DNA of 64,000 bases from Podarcis bocagei (lineage: Eukaryota). The translations under genes were made by a program, and so were the position numbers. Below, piece by piece: positions 34,926 through 49,113 of this stretch. Under the pieces are notes generated by a model, which made no database searches, had not been told where the DNA came from, and saw only the letters and a list, made by a program, of their open reading frames with translations. Each line of letters starts with the position of its first letter. Within the stretch, counting starts at the first letter, position 1. Where the stretch lies: the NCBI GenBank assembly GCA_964188305.1, contig OZ076900.1, one strand, 5' to 3'.

Positions 34926-37159
34926 TGCCACTCTGCTTGGTTGCTAAATAACACTTCCACTCATCCCTGTCTTGGCTAGTTGACGTTAACACTAAAAGAA
35001 TTAACCCTTAAGTGACAGGCTGAATGATCCCTGCTGTTGCACTTCCAACACAATGTACTGTATATATTGTTACTCACCACCTCCAATCTGTGCGAGATTC
35101 CAGGGAGTTCCAGGCTCACTTTACCCCAGATTTGTCTTTCCTTTTGGACAACGAGGCACAACAAAGACCGGTGTCTTTATGATCTATGGTTCATTTATAC
35201 ATATATACAACCTCAGTCTGCCATGGCGGTGTTTGGGGCATCAGCATTCCATGGAGGTCCTGCTTCTCTCCTAGGCAGTTTCCCTTGCTTTCTATGTCAT
35301 ATCCCAGCTTACTCCCCTCTGCACTGACTTCTTCTAAGAGGCCCTACTCCCTTTGGCCTATTCCCTCAGGCTAACACAAAGGAAATTATCCTGACTCAAT
35401 TACTTTCTAACACATGTTGATTTCAAGGGATTAGCAAGGTGTCTACTACACAGTATAGGAAGTTAACTTAATTAGTCTTTCACACATGTTGCTTGAAGTA
35501 GTGCGCAACTGAAATACACACATGGATCTAAACTAAATGCATATGAATCTGGCTATTTCCTGGTTTAATTACTAAAAGCCTTTATTTAAAATACCGCCTA
35601 CAAACCTATAACTATATTCTATGGGGCATGGAGAGGTTCCTTTCTCAACCACTCTCATTGTTATGGGACCCTAATGGTAACATTTATAAATCAATCTGGA
35701 ATTCACTTGTTGTAAGGACCAGCTACCCAAGACCATCCACCCAGTGGCACACTTGTCAAAACCCAGCTCATTATCAAGTGGCAAGCAAACAAAAATCGCC
35801 CCCAGAAAAGTGCAGTTCAGTAGAATGCCTAGGTGTATTCCCACCCTCTCTAGTTCTTGGTTTCTAGTTTTAGAATCCTCAGCCCAGTTCCATGCATATC
35901 TTACACCTGCAGCCAGAGACCTTGCAGTTGCAAGGATCCAATTTCACAGCAAAATGACTAGTCATCCCAGCAGGACCAAAGCACTCCGCATTCCCCCACT
36001 TTATTTATTACACCTGCCTTTTCATCTGGGATCTGGTCCTACATTTCGCTTCCTTGGCACCCAGAGGTTTCGCTGTACATTGCCAGCAGTGGTTGCTGGA
36101 GTAATTGGAATTGCCATGCAAACGGATTAACTGTGATATTGTTCATTGCCCGAAAACACTCCTGTGCTGTCTAAGGAAAATGCACCCTTCATTACCGAGT
36201 CTGCAGCTCCTGTTCCGGGCAATGTCATGGTAACAGCAATTCTTTTTGATTGGCAGCTTACCCTTCTGCAGTCTCCGTTATCTGCATGAATATTTTAAGT
36301 CCTCTTTCTTTGCTGCCATTTCTTTTATTTTTCTTTTCTTTCCTTTTTCTTTTTTGTCATGGGTAGCACTGCCCCCTCCCACCTACTGCAACACAGCAGA
36401 GAAATAATCTCTCTATGATTTTATAACTTACTTGCTCTTTGCTCTCTCTGCTCCAACCTGCTCTTCTTCAAGCGTGCATGCATGACTACAGACAAGAGCC
36501 AACACAGCTACTTTGGACATGCCCAGAGGGATTTGTGAGGCTTCCCCCTGCTTTGAACAGCAGGACATCCTTCCACCCCCAATGCCATATCACAATCTGC
36601 TTCTGTAACATCCCTCCTGACTCCCCCTCCTTTTCTTTACATGTCCTGAACAGCTGAATTGCCATCATCAGTATAGTTGCACGTGTCATGCCAGCATCAC
36701 CACCTGACACCCTCTGGCAGCTGGCAAGTTCCCACCAAAGTGGCAAGGCAGACCAGCACTGATGCCTGCCCCTACGGTTCCCAAGCCATGCAGCAAATGG
36801 CTATGAATTCCTGTTTTATATTTTCTATGGTGCCCTGGAATGCCTGGAGTGGCATCATTCTGGGACAGGGATGGGGAGTCTTCTTCAGCAAAAGGGCTGC
36901 ATTTCCCTCTGTGCAAAGTCTGAGGGCCACATGCTGGTGTTTGCTAGGCAGAGCCTTCATAATGGAGCTCCTTTTACAAAAACTGGGAGGGAGCTTTCTG
37001 GGTTGATGAATAAAATATTAGGGGAGGGGGTTGCTAGGTCTGAGTGCCATCAGCTTTGGGGCTCCTTTTAGATGTGAAGTTATTGGATATTTTTACCTGA
37101 CCTTCTGGTGAGCTTTATGCTCACATAAACATTGATGTATGTTAAATGAAGTGTGTATT

Positions 37160-37455
37160 GACCCTACCTGCACTGTACGTTTAAAGTAGCATTGTACCGC
37201 TTTGTTTTTAATCATGGGTTCCCTGCCCCCGCAAAAAAGAACCGTAGGAAAATACCCAGACTTCCCTGACAGAGTTGCAGTTCTCAGAGTTCCTTTGAAA
37301 GAGTGTCTGACTGATAAACCACTGTGGAATTGTAGCTTTGCTGGGGGGGAGGGAATAGGGGCATGCTAACAACTCTCAGCATCCTTAAAAAACTACAGTT
37401 CTGACCATTTAAAGTGGTATGACACTGTTTCAAATGTGTAGTGCAGATGGGGCCT
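37160..37455. mobile_element. Non-autonomous DNA-transposon-like repeat (GGCCCCATCTGCACT TIR); partial copy at 45527-45740
   Basis: GACCCTACCTGCACTGTACGTTTAAAGTAG..TTTCAAATGTGTAGTGCAGATGGGGCC imperfect inverted ends. Confidence 0.6.
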
Positions 37456-37512
37456 TAAGGTAATACATTGTTGTGGTATTATACCTTTTTACAAAGTATC
37501 GTTATTGCACTA

Positions 37513-37762
37513 CAGTGGTACCTCGGGTTACATATACTTCAGGTTACATACACTTCAGGTTACATACCTGAAGACTCCACTAATCCAGAAATAGTGCTTC
37601 AGGTTAAGAACTTTGCTTCAGGATGAGAACAGAAATCGTGCTCCGGCGGCGCGGCGGCAGCAGGAGGCCCCATTAGCTAAAGTGGTGCTTCAGGTTAAGA
37701 ACAGTTTCAGGTTAAGAATGGACCTCTGGAACGAATTAAGTACTTAACCCGAGGTACCACTG
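37513..37762. mobile_element. Tigger-like MITE, young
   Basis: Perfect TIR CAGTGGTACCTCGGGTTA/TAACCCGAGGTACCACTG; TA TSD; internal CTTCAGGTTA repeats; CpGs retained. Confidence 0.95.
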
Positions 37763-40143
37763 TATTTTGTTTAGAATGTTTTTTTTATGCCAGCCTAGCA
37801 ACAGAAGTATTTGTGGGGAATATGGTATATAAATGAACTGGCTATGAGCTATTAGTATGATTTCTCCTATATCTGAAGCTTCAGAGTTAACTTAAGCATC
37901 CTGACAGAGCTTGAAAACATATCTATTTTAAAATAAAATAACCACCTGGTACCTTCTCACTGTTGTTTCTTCCAGGAGCTCTCAAGAGACTTGGAGCTTC
38001 CAAGAGAGTGGACCCCCACAAGTGGCCAAGTTTTTACATAACTCAAGTAATGATTGAATCATGCCCATTTTTCCAACCGGAAAACACATTCACCGGAAAG
38101 CTTCACCCCAGGAGGATCGCACACCTTCCTGTTGTCATTTCATTTCAGGCATTTAGATACCACTTAATAGTCGGAGTTTCTAAGCAGCCTTTAGTCTGGT
38201 AGGCACTGCCTTCTGGTACACCTTTCCAGAAGGAGGGGTGAGCATGCATGTTTGGTCCCCCAAAGCGCTTCTCCAGTTGGCAAATGTGCCCACAGGCCCC
38301 AAAAGGTTGGCAACCCCTAGACTTACAATTGAACACATGTGAAAATGATATGGACAGGGAATAGACTGGTCCGTCCATCCCTAGCAAAAACAGAAGTAGG
38401 AGTCTGTGTGGCCTTAAGAACAAAAACTGCCTAATTTAGCTATCCTCCTTTTACCTGCATAAGAAAGTTTTAGCTATCCACCTCTATTTAAGAGTAATGG
38501 GTTTCTCTCCCCCCCCCTTTGATATACACATAAATCAAAACTCACCGAAGGCAGCCGTGCATAAAGTGACAGCTGTTTATTTAAATTATCCTAGCCTTGG
38601 TGTGCTGGCGTCTCTCCTTGACAGACGTATGTTAAGCTATTGCATCAGAAATAGAGGCACATATTGTTTGCCATACTGCCGTAACTAGAGACTGGACAAT
38701 ACCAGTTGCTCAGGCAGTTGCAGCATGCCAGAGACAGATTTGCCAAGCCTTTCATTTTTTTAAAAAAAAAGAAAGGAAAAGAAAAGAAGAAAGAAAGAAA
38801 AAATGTCTCCTACAAATAAGGATTGCATATGTTTCGGATAAACATTTTGACTACATTTCTCTCGAGTGATTCTTTAAATGACTTTTGTTAAGCAAATGTG
38901 TCAGCGAAAATAAAGGACTACTCTCAAGTTTATACATGGGGCAACAGCTAGTATGGCTTGATGAAAAGGATCAAAACAAAAACTCCTACAGTTTATTAGC
39001 TTTGATATTATCGAAGCATCAGGACCATATTGATTGTTAGCTGCCGGAAATTCTACTGTCAGTGCGGTGAAGGCTGCTCCATTAGCTGTGTGCTGCTCTC
39101 CAAGCTCAGCCTTATATTCAGTCAGCCCCTGTGTTCTTACCTGCTTACTGAAAACCAGTCTAGGGGGTAGCACTGGCTGTTTGATTAATCCTCACTGATA
39201 AGTGACCTCTGAACCCGTTCTTCCAATTCACCAGCCTGTTCACTCATCTCTTGCCTTGACCCAGACAACAGTGGTGGTACGGAAGGAGGAGTAATAGATG
39301 TTGTTGCCTGTTTTTTCATTGGCTCTCTGCCTGGAAAGCAAGCAGGTGGTTGCAATGATGAGGAAGAAGAGTGGCAGGAGCAGCAGATGATAATGGAAAT
39401 GAGGGAGAGACCGTGAATGGTGTCTTGTCGAAGGACCCACCAGGATGTGAATAGCTCTTTTTATGTTCTTGGGGAAGGGGCATATGCCAGTGACAGAGTA
39501 TCTGCTTTGCATGCAGAAGGTCTCTGTTACAATCCCTGGCTTCTCCCTGTCTCATACCCCAGAGAAAAGCTGTTCTTCAGTGCAGTGCACACCATGCTAA
39601 AGTTCTGGACAATAGTATAAGGCAGCTTATTTCCTTTGTAGCAAATACGTGAGTGGAAAAAACCAATTTCATACCATTGCTTATGTATTTCCTGAAAGCA
39701 TCCAATTGGGTATTGTTGGAACAAGATGAGAACCTTTGGTCTGATCCAGCAGAGCTTTTATTATGTCCTTCTTATGCACCATTAAAGAGTGCAAATATGA
39801 AGAATTTATCAGACCCAGTATCAGTTCAGCAAGAGATTTGGTTCTGTGTCCCTACAGTGATTGGCCTCCTTTAAGCACACAACTTGCCTTCCAGCTTGCC
39901 TTCATCTTCAGGAAGTTGAATTGCCATTTGAGAATTGAGCAGAGGTACTTAAACTACAGTGGAACGTAATTACTTTCCATTCAAAGTGCTTTGAGGCAAC
40001 AGAAACAATAATAAACAGTGAACAAAGGGAGGATATTTTTAGACCCAATCATGTTATAAAATAAAAATGATTGTGCAGACACTGGCAAGAAGGAAGTGGA
40101 AATGTCCAAGGGAGAAGCTTTCAAGGAGAAGCCTTATGGACCT

Positions 40144-40146
<3 letters not shown>

Positions 40147-40205
<59 letters not shown>
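40147..40205. repeat. (TA)n microsatellite
   Basis: Direct reading. Confidence 0.97.
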
Positions 40206-40209
<4 letters not shown>

Positions 40210-41022
40210 GCATCCTGTTTTCTTTTCTATTTAAGTTGTCACCAATTTTTGCCTGTGACAGTTTCCTCCATCCCTCTTGCATTGGGTTGACACCTGAAAT
40301 AATTGCCACTGGCTCACAAATAAACAAAGGAACAGAAACAACAGTCTTGAAGATGTATTTAGATAATCTACTAAGGCAGGGGAATGGAATCTCTGACCTT
40401 CCAAATGTTGTTGGACTTCATTTCCCATGATCCCCAACCAGCATGGCTAATGATCAAGGGTGATGAGAGTTGCAGTCCAGCAACATCTGGTGAGCCATAG
40501 GTTATCCACCCCTGCATTGAGAAGCAATAAAGCATCATGACCTCTATACTTAGCACATACTCCCTCATCCTAATTGCCTTTCCTGTTTGTTTCAGTGGAG
40601 GCTTACCAGTCCACCCATTCCTTCCCTTGTGTGGGTCGCCTATCTCCATTAAATTGAATGTGGACTCCACATGTGCACAGGACATCAGCCTGGCATAGCA
40701 CCTCTGTGCAGCAGAAGAAGCCCAAACAATGCAAAGAAATACATATAACCTTAAGAGAGTGGTCAGTGCAAAAGATGTTCATTTAAATGAATGTCATTCC
40801 CCATGATGGTATGAGTAAAGGTAGATTTCAAAATGCATTAAGATGGCTCGTTAAAATACAATAAAATGCAGTGGGTATATATGGTAAAAACCCTCTGCCT
40901 TTTTACAGACTTAGATGGCAATCCTGTGTCTTCTCAGAAGTAGGTCCCATTGAATTCAATGGAGCACACTCCCAGGTATGTGATGTTGCAACTGCACATT
41001 ACAGTACATTGTGCCCCAGAAC

Positions 41023-41057
41023 TCAGCTCAGACATATTTGAAATATGTCTGAGCTGA
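41023..41057. repeat. Perfect 17-bp inverted repeat with 1-nt spacer
   Basis: TCAGCTCAGACATATTT-G-AAATATGTCTGAGCTGA. Confidence 0.95.
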
Positions 41058-43140
41058 ACATTTCCTTCAAATTATCTTTTCACTTGAGCATATGAGCTAC
41101 AGGGGTGTGAACATCTTCCCCAAACCACCCTGCCACTTACCTCATTTTGCTCCTACCACTGCCTTTTTTGTCATTCTGCCTATGACACTCCTTACAATTG
41201 TCATTCCTCATCCCCAAGAATTCCACTGCAGCAAGGGAAGTCAACTTTGTGCCCTCCAGATTATGTTGAGTTCCAGCTCCCATCAGCACAGCAAATTGTC
41301 AATGAGGATTTGAGTTGGGAGTCTAATGATATCTGAAGGGCCACATGTTCCCATATCTCTCTGTTCATGTGGTTAAGATGAAAAGGCACGTTGGTATTTC
41401 ATGACAACTGAATAGATGCCCAGAATTCCTCACAATGCACTGGTGTTCTGTGGCTTGTCATTCACCATTGAAAGCGGGAGCCCTTCCCCACCAGATTTAT
41501 CAATGTGGAAACCAAGTGAGTGTTTTCTCAATCAGGGAAATAAGCCCATGTGTTCTTAAATATTTTAAGAAGGTGATAAAGAAGCCTAAAAAAAGAAGAT
41601 TTTAAACAATAAATGGACATCAAAAAGTCAACATGATCTCTTAAAGTGCATTAGGTGCAGAAATCTGCTGAATGCTGTCCAGCAATGTCAATGTTTAGTC
41701 TTACCCTTCAGGGTTTTTTATGTTTAATTTTATAGCTTTCAGTAAAAAAAAAAAAATCTATTCTCCTCAATTGGTGAATAAATACTGTAACTATCTGTCA
41801 TTTTCCTTGATTTGCTAGTCTTGCTATTTCACTCTGTTCCCTTTAATCTTTATTGAGTAGGGCATTAAGAGTGTGAGACCTTCTCTCACCTCGTCCTCAT
41901 GGCCTCTGCAATTTGATCAAAGAAAATCAATATGCTGTAACTAAAGAGACTTTACTACCTCTGCCTGCAAAACTACCATGGCAAAGCTATGACTACAGAA
42001 TAAGTATGAGACTGTATACTTAAAAAACAAATGAAAACAAATGCATAATTCATTTGAGTGCCCATCGGTGAGTAGAACTTCAAATGGCAGGAAATGGCCC
42101 CTGGGAAGCTGCCAAGGAGGTGACAGCTCACAGGAAGTGACACCTCCTGGACTGATTGGCAGGTAGGGCTGACTGAGTTTGGAGGGGCTGTGCCCCATTT
42201 TCTGTAATGGACCTGGCTTCACTGGGGTCTACCAATGAAGGCTACAGACCTTCCCTAATTATTATTCCCTGTTCCTGTGATTCATTGGAGTTATACTACT
42301 GAGACAACCCCCAAAGGGAATCATGGGAACTCTGTTGCATTGAGTTGAAATAGTTATATATCTCACTTCAACGTAGATTAAAACCAAAGAAATTCTAGAA
42401 CACAGGGAATTATAAAATGTTAAACGAGACAGAAGCAATAGATAGCTGAATACTATAAGCAATTAAATGCCCTGGCAGTTTGTTACAGACAAATATGTTA
42501 TAAGGAGAGTTTCATTACTGAGAAGGCCTTTTCCCTGGAAACCACCACTCTATCTTTAAAAGATGGATGTGCTCAGAACCAGACCTCCAATGAAAATCTT
42601 TAAAGTGGAACAAGTTCATATGGAAGCAGATGGCTCTTTGGATACTCTGGTCCCAGATGATTTAGGGCAGGAATGGGGGCTGATTGTCCTCCACATGCTG
42701 TTGGAGTAGAGTTTTGATCATTCCTGACCATTCACAATTCTGGCTGCGGCTGATGGGTGTTGGAGTACAGCAAGATGTGGAAAACCAGAAGTGACCCTTT
42801 CCCCACCGCCACCGTGCCTTAACACATGGAGACTGGTTCACATGTGCATTTTTATCACTGGGTGATTGCAGTGTGTATATAGCATCCCTAAGCTAAGGGC
42901 TTCCATACAGAGTCAACCTGGGGCTGGTTCACACATTAGTGTCCATCACTGATTACTTTATGGCAGGGATGAAAAAACCTGTGGCCTTCTAGATGCTGTG
43001 GGAATCTAGCTTCCATTGTTCTCAGCCAACATAGCCAATGATCAAAGAAGGTGGGGGCTGTAATCCAACAATATCTGGATGGTCATTGATTCCCCACCTC
43101 TTGCTTAGGGCTTTGAAGTTGTATGAAGATGACAGAGCTC

Positions 43141-43164
43141 TGTGTGTGTGTGTGTGTGTGTGTG

Positions 43165-43195
<31 letters not shown>

Positions 43196-43205
43196 TTATT
43201 TATTT
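43141..43205. repeat. Compound microsatellite (TG)n-(TCTG)n-(TCTA)n-(TTTA)n
   Basis: Direct reading. Confidence 0.92.
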
Positions 43206-46200
43206 CTATACCACCATATCATTAAATAAAACATAAAACCACTTTAAAAATGCAGATAATCATTAATCAAGACAAAATTCAAACAGCTGTGAAATCTTGT
43301 TGGCATAAGAAAAGGTATTCAAGAGGTACTTAAAAGTCAACAGCAAGGGATGGTACACCTCCCTCTTCCCCACTTTAGTGACTGTGTGGAGGAAATTGGA
43401 AGCTTTCACCTCCATTTTGGATTAAAATGGCAACTGGTTGGTCATTGTGAAAATAGGATGTTGGCCTAGATGATCCTTTGCTCTGATCCAGCTGGCAGAC
43501 TCTTTTTACATTCATCAATCCCTTGTCTCTAGGCTTCCCACTAGACTGACCCCGAGCTTAAGGCATTTCCTTCTGAAGTTCATATCTCTAGCCACTCTTG
43601 GTTGCTCTTGTCCCAGCAGTGGAATCTTCCTGTATCCCAGAGGTCCATACTCAGTAGGTACAGACTGGAATGGAAAAGGAAGCTCAATGTGGGCAGCTGC
43701 AACACCTGCTGGGTGATTTCTCCCCACCACCACCCAAAAGTAGGTGGAATAAAATATATAGCAGTATATGGCAAAGTGGCAACTTTCCAAGGAAACAAAA
43801 AGAGGGAGGAGTTGCTGGTGACTGTTGCTAATAAATGTGTGTTTAGCTCAACTTCTGAAGCAGAGATTGCCACTGTAGAGATCTGCTGCTGTTCCTTCTA
43901 CCATCTATGATGGAGGTGAAATGGGGGCTCCACTCATATTATGAATAAAATGGAGCAGCAATGGAGAATCACCCACCTCGTCGAAAGAGGATGTTCAACT
44001 TTTAGGCAGTTATTCCTTTCTTCAACCAACCTGAGCACTTCTCCTTCTGTGAGGATACCTAATGCAGCTAATATTTCTAATTCAAGTTTCAGAATTCTGA
44101 CTCTTGTGTTTGCAAGGGAGATGCAGTAGCACAGAGCAGACCAGGAGTCCCAAAACCTTTGGGTCTGGAGGCAAATTTGAACATCTAAAGAATTATTGTG
44201 GGCACAAGAACAAAACAAAAATGATTTCACAGAAAACAAACGGGTGGTGCTCAGAACTCTCACACACCCAGGTTAAACAAAGACCATTTAAAACATAGAT
44301 ATTGGGAAGGGCAAGTGGCCAAGAAGAGTGTCTGAGGATGTTGTGTCACCCATGGGCACCATATTGGGAACTTCAAGAGTTAACAAGTCCACTGTTGTCT
44401 ATTTTAAAAGCAACTGAACATTGTAATTCATTTCCTAGTTAACTGGCTTGGCGCTGAGTTGGTCAGATTTCTATTCTCGGCATAGAATGTTCATCAACAC
44501 ATTTGCAGTGCCAATGAACAGGAGTAGCTATTAGACAGGTGCCATAATCATTTTTGCTTGTAAAGAAGAAGCACACCCCTCTTCTCCAGAAATTAAATAG
44601 TTTATAGACTTCTGTTTACTGATAATCTGCAATGAGCATATGCGATTCCCATGGAGACTGAAAGGTAGATTGCTCAGCAGGTAGTGGTATTCTAATACTA
44701 AAATTAAGTTTTTAGTATGGATCTACTAGGGATTTACTTCAAATTAAATGAGAAGTATGAAAAACACACTTTATGCCTTCTGGATTTCACACTGAGTAAT
44801 CTTTCTATCCAAAAATGAACCACCACATATTGCCACGTTTATAAATGAAAGAAAGTCAATGGAGTTCCCAGTTGCCCTCAGAGATTGTCACAGGAGGGGC
44901 CGGTCTCACCTGTCTGTCTGCCTGTAATAGCCAGTTCCCAACATTTGATCTCTTTGTTACACACTCTAGCGGCCTCATGCCAGAGTGTGATAGAAAAATA
45001 AAGTGGGAAGCTGGCTTTGTGAGGGGAGGGGAGGAGAGGAGCAAGGCAATGTACTGGGAATGAATTAGCTCAGAGTAGATGGACATGTTTTAGTCCAGGA
45101 CGTGCAATATCTCATGGGCAACCTTCTGGGAGCCAAATGCTGGTGGTGGGCATAAAGGTAAAGGTAAAGTGGGTAGGGCCAGAAGTAAACAGAGCCAGAC
45201 TGGGACATTTTGCCACCTGAGGCAAATCAGGAAATGGCACGCGCGTACACACACACTGCTGCCACCTCTGTCCTCCCCACCAGCTCCACCTCTGCTGCCA
45301 CCTGACGTGACTAGAGGCAGCCCAGGGAAGCCCAGGCATGCTGAAGGCAGTGGGGGGAAAAAAAGAGGCTTCTGTATCTCCCAGCTCTTCCCAGCCTGCC
45401 ACCTGAGGTGACTGCTTCATTGAGCCCCTTGGGTGGGCCGGCCCTGGTGGAGAAATGGATGTGATTCTTACTTTTGCACAATACGCTACCTTCTAGCTAC
45501 AAAGAAGCCAGACGTTTCTACACACAGGCCCCATCTGCACTGTACATTTAAAGCAGTATCATACTACTTTAAATAGTCAAGGCTTTCCCCAAAGTATCCC
45601 AGGTGCTTAAGGGTGCTGAGAGCTGTTAGAAGACCCCTATTGTCCTTACATAGCTATGGTTTAACAATCAATCCCTCTTCTCAGAACTGAGAATTGTGCT
45701 GTGTGAGGGGAATAGGGGTGTTTAAATACTGTTCAAAAGCCCCTCTTGGGTTACCTGGACATTTCTGTGCATCAGCTGTACTTCTGTCACTTCTAGCCTG
45801 GACATGCAAACATCTGGTTGGGCCAAGGTGTGGAACAGCTCAGGAGATGCAAGTGTCCTGATGCCTGGGGTGTAGCTGGTCACATTCTTGCCATGCATTA
45901 GGAGGTTTAGCATTATCACCATGCTAAAAGCATAAGTACATAGAAATAGTCCTGCTGGATAAGACTAGAGTCCCTTCTAGTCCAACTTCTTTGTATAGTG
46001 GCTTATAGGAAGCTCGCAAGTAGGACATGCATGCCGTAGCTCTCTTGTGATCACCAGCAACTGGTATTCAGAGGCATAAATACCACCCTCCTAGGAGGGT
46101 GGGGCAAGGCGGGCAGTGTACTAACAATTTCTGTACTTTCAATATACACTAAATGAAGAAGTATTTCTTTTCGATGGTCCTGATTCCCCCACCATTCAGC

Positions 46201-47620
46201 TTCATTGGCTAGGTCCTAGTATGGTTGCATCTGTAGGCTCCTCCAGACAACCTGTTTATTGAGCATCCCTCCTGATTAGCTTGCACAAAGCTTATACAGG
46301 GTTTAGACTATTCCCACTCTCTATTGACAACTCTTTCTGATTTGCTTTCAACAATAAGCATTCATACTGATCAGTCTGTATGATTAGTATGTCATCCCGC
46401 TAATTTTTTTGTTCATTTCCTGAGCATTTCCCCATTGCTTTCATAAGTGCATCTTGTTTATTTTGTTTATGTTTTGGATTTGTTGTGCTCGGGTGACTTT
46501 AATTGTGCACAACTAAATATCTAGTATACACTTGAAGCTGTCCCACAAAATACTGACAGTCTGGAGGTGTCCTCCTTCCCCACTATCTGTCTGGCTGTAC
46601 CATTCAGCTAGATCCTTTGACTGAAGCCAGTGAGAGCACGTGCCACAGAGTGCCTGCCATTTTGCTCCATTTGTGGCTTGTGCTTTGAGCAGATGGACTC
46701 CTGAAGTGGCAAGCCCTTAAATGATTAGGGGGGTGTGCCGTAGCCTTCCTTGAAGGCTTGCTTCTGCCTTTGTCTTTGGCACACTTTAAACCTCAGGCAC
46801 ATAATGATAAACCAAGCATCCTCTCTCGTTTGCTGACTTACTCTGTCACTTGAGTACCTCTTAGGAGTAGTTTTAAGGAAGCAGGAAAATAAAAGTGAAA
46901 TAGAGGAGGCAAAAAAAGTAAATAAATGCACAGTTACTTTTGGGGATCTGTTCCACTTCAGATAGAAAGATAAGTATATAGAATGCTGTATAGGGAACAA
47001 TGGAATCCACACAACTCACACATATAGCAGCTTCTTTGAACAACTCAAGTGTCAGCTGAGATTTCTCTGTTTAATGCTTGTAAATGCTTCAAGATCCATG
47101 GATGAAAGGTGCTGAATTTTGAAAACGCCATGCCAGGCACAGTCCTAAATAGGATTAGTTTCAAGAACTGTATCTCATTTACAAATTGAGTAGCTATCTT
47201 GCTGTGGAATTGTGCTCCCTGTCTACCCTATTTTAGTTATCAAATGAAGAAGAAGGTCCTTTTTCTAAGCAGCTAACAGCACAGCAAAGCCATGCAACCC
47301 ATAAACGGTCAATAGTTTAGAGATCAGTGCTAAGTAAGTAGTGCGCAGTGAGGGCTGGGCCCATGCCATCCATAGAAGATGGTTGCTCACTTCTGTATTG
47401 CTCCTTCTGTCTCTATAGGGACCTAAAAAATGTCCAGCATATTTCATTAGATAATGGAGAGCCACAAAACAGTACATAAATCTGTTCTCAGTGTTAGTCC
47501 AACTGCTTTGCATGCAAAATGTCCCAGGTTCAATCCTCAGTCTATCTATATTTGCAAAAAAGAAAATAAAAATGTCACTGAAATGTTTAACTGTTTCTTT
47601 GACGGAATCTTCCCACCACA

Positions 47621-47877
47621 CAGGGGCACTGACTCCCCCCCACACACACATTGAGGGGGCGCGGCATCATGTGATGTCATGCGCCCCTCCACGCATCATG
47701 CTCCCAAGCGCAAGAGCAGCAGAAGGTGGGCTGCACAGAGGGCAATCTTCACCCACCATGCGAACTGCCCCTGCCCGGCAAGTGAGCGCTGCCCAGCGGC
47801 AGCAGGGGATGACAGTCCCTCAATTTTTGGGGGGGGGGCGCTAAAGGCCCTTCCACCCCCTAGAGTTGGCACCCCTG
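47621..47877. mobile_element. hAT MITE
   Basis: Ends CAGGGGCACTGACTC and GAGTTGGCACCCCTG; 8-bp TSD CCACCACA/CCACCAAA with 1 mismatch. Confidence 0.8.
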
Positions 47878-48784
47878 CCACCAAATTTGCCACACGCTTG
47901 GAGAATCATTTCTATAGATATTGCTGGGCTACATCTCCCATCTTTCCTTACCATTGTCCATGCAGGCTGGGGCAGTCCAACAATGTCAGGAGGACACCAT
48001 GTTCTACAACACTGCTGTAAGATGAAAGGGCAGAAGGTGTTAAGGTGCAGTGAGTTATGGGGTTTCAGGAGGAAAACTCGTAATCCTTTTCCAGCCTGGA
48101 TCTGAAGTAGAATGTAACTGCAGGGCTTATAAATCTCATTTCTAGTTTGAGGTGGCTTGTTAATAAGAACCCTTAGAATCCATTTCAAAGGCTAGCTCAG
48201 GAGAATTTTGCCTAGCTTCCTTAGTTGTTCCTAGTTTTGCTCTCCGGGCAAAAAGTAGGTTCCCTCCCTGCTCCAGCCTTTCAAAAGTAAATAGAAAAAC
48301 AACAGCTGCATTTTGGCTTCCTCTTCCTTTCTGGGTCAAAATGAATGAATGTCACTTACATCAAGATGATGCTGTTTTTCCTTCCAAAGGTGAACTAGGG
48401 AAGCTGCTTTCTCACTAGGCTTTTAATTCTTTAACCAGAGCTCTCCACAGAGGTAATTAGCAGTTACATCATAATTTATTAACTTGCTGGAATGGATGAG
48501 CTATTTTTCATAGATAGGAATTGTAAACTGTTGAAGAGGATAGGTGTGGATACAGAAGTCTGCTGACTTTGATCTTCTGCTTCTGGTCTCAAAGACCAAG
48601 GGGTACGTGAGTTGTTAGATCAGCCTCCACCCCCCCCCCCAAAAAAAGTGCCCTAGATGTTTTGCACTACAACTTCCATTAGCCATAGCCACTATGGGCA
48701 ATTATTAGGGGTGATCTAAAACATCTGGACAAAAAGAAGTTGGGGAAGGCTGTTCTCAATGTGCCACCAAACAGATATATGGGT

Positions 48785-49113
48785 AAGAGCTATAGCTCAT
48801 GGTAGAGCATACACTTTGCATGTAGAAGCTCTCGGATTCAACCCCTGACATCTCTGAGAAGGGCTAGGAGATATCTCATCTGAAAACCTGGCAATCCACT
48901 GACAGTGTAGATCAGCCTTTCTTGACCCTGGGTTCCCAGATGTTGTTGGACTACAACTCACATCATCCCCAGCTAGCAGGGCCAGAGGTCAGGGATGATG
49001 GATGTCCAACAACATCTGGGGACCCATGGTTAAGAAAGGCTGGTGTAGACAATGCTGAGATACTGCAAATGGAACAAATGACCTACGTAGTATAATGCAG
49101 CTCCCTATGTTCC
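48785..49113 (+). mobile_element. Squam3-type SINE interrupted by a hAT MITE
   Basis: TAGCTCATGGTAGAGCAT head; body resumes after 49042 and ends GCAGCTCCCTATGTTCCT. Confidence 0.8.
48913..49042. mobile_element. Palindromic hAT-Charlie-like MITE
   Basis: TIR CAGCCTTTCTT/AAGAAAGGCTG; 8-bp TSD GTGTAGAT/GTGTAGAC. Confidence 0.9.

Noticed and set aside
43934-44263. Minus-strand ORF VRILKLELEILAALGILTEGEVLRLVEERNN.. with a GTGGGT donor as a coding exon
   Set aside because: Weak acceptor, no recognisable protein family and no partner exons found.
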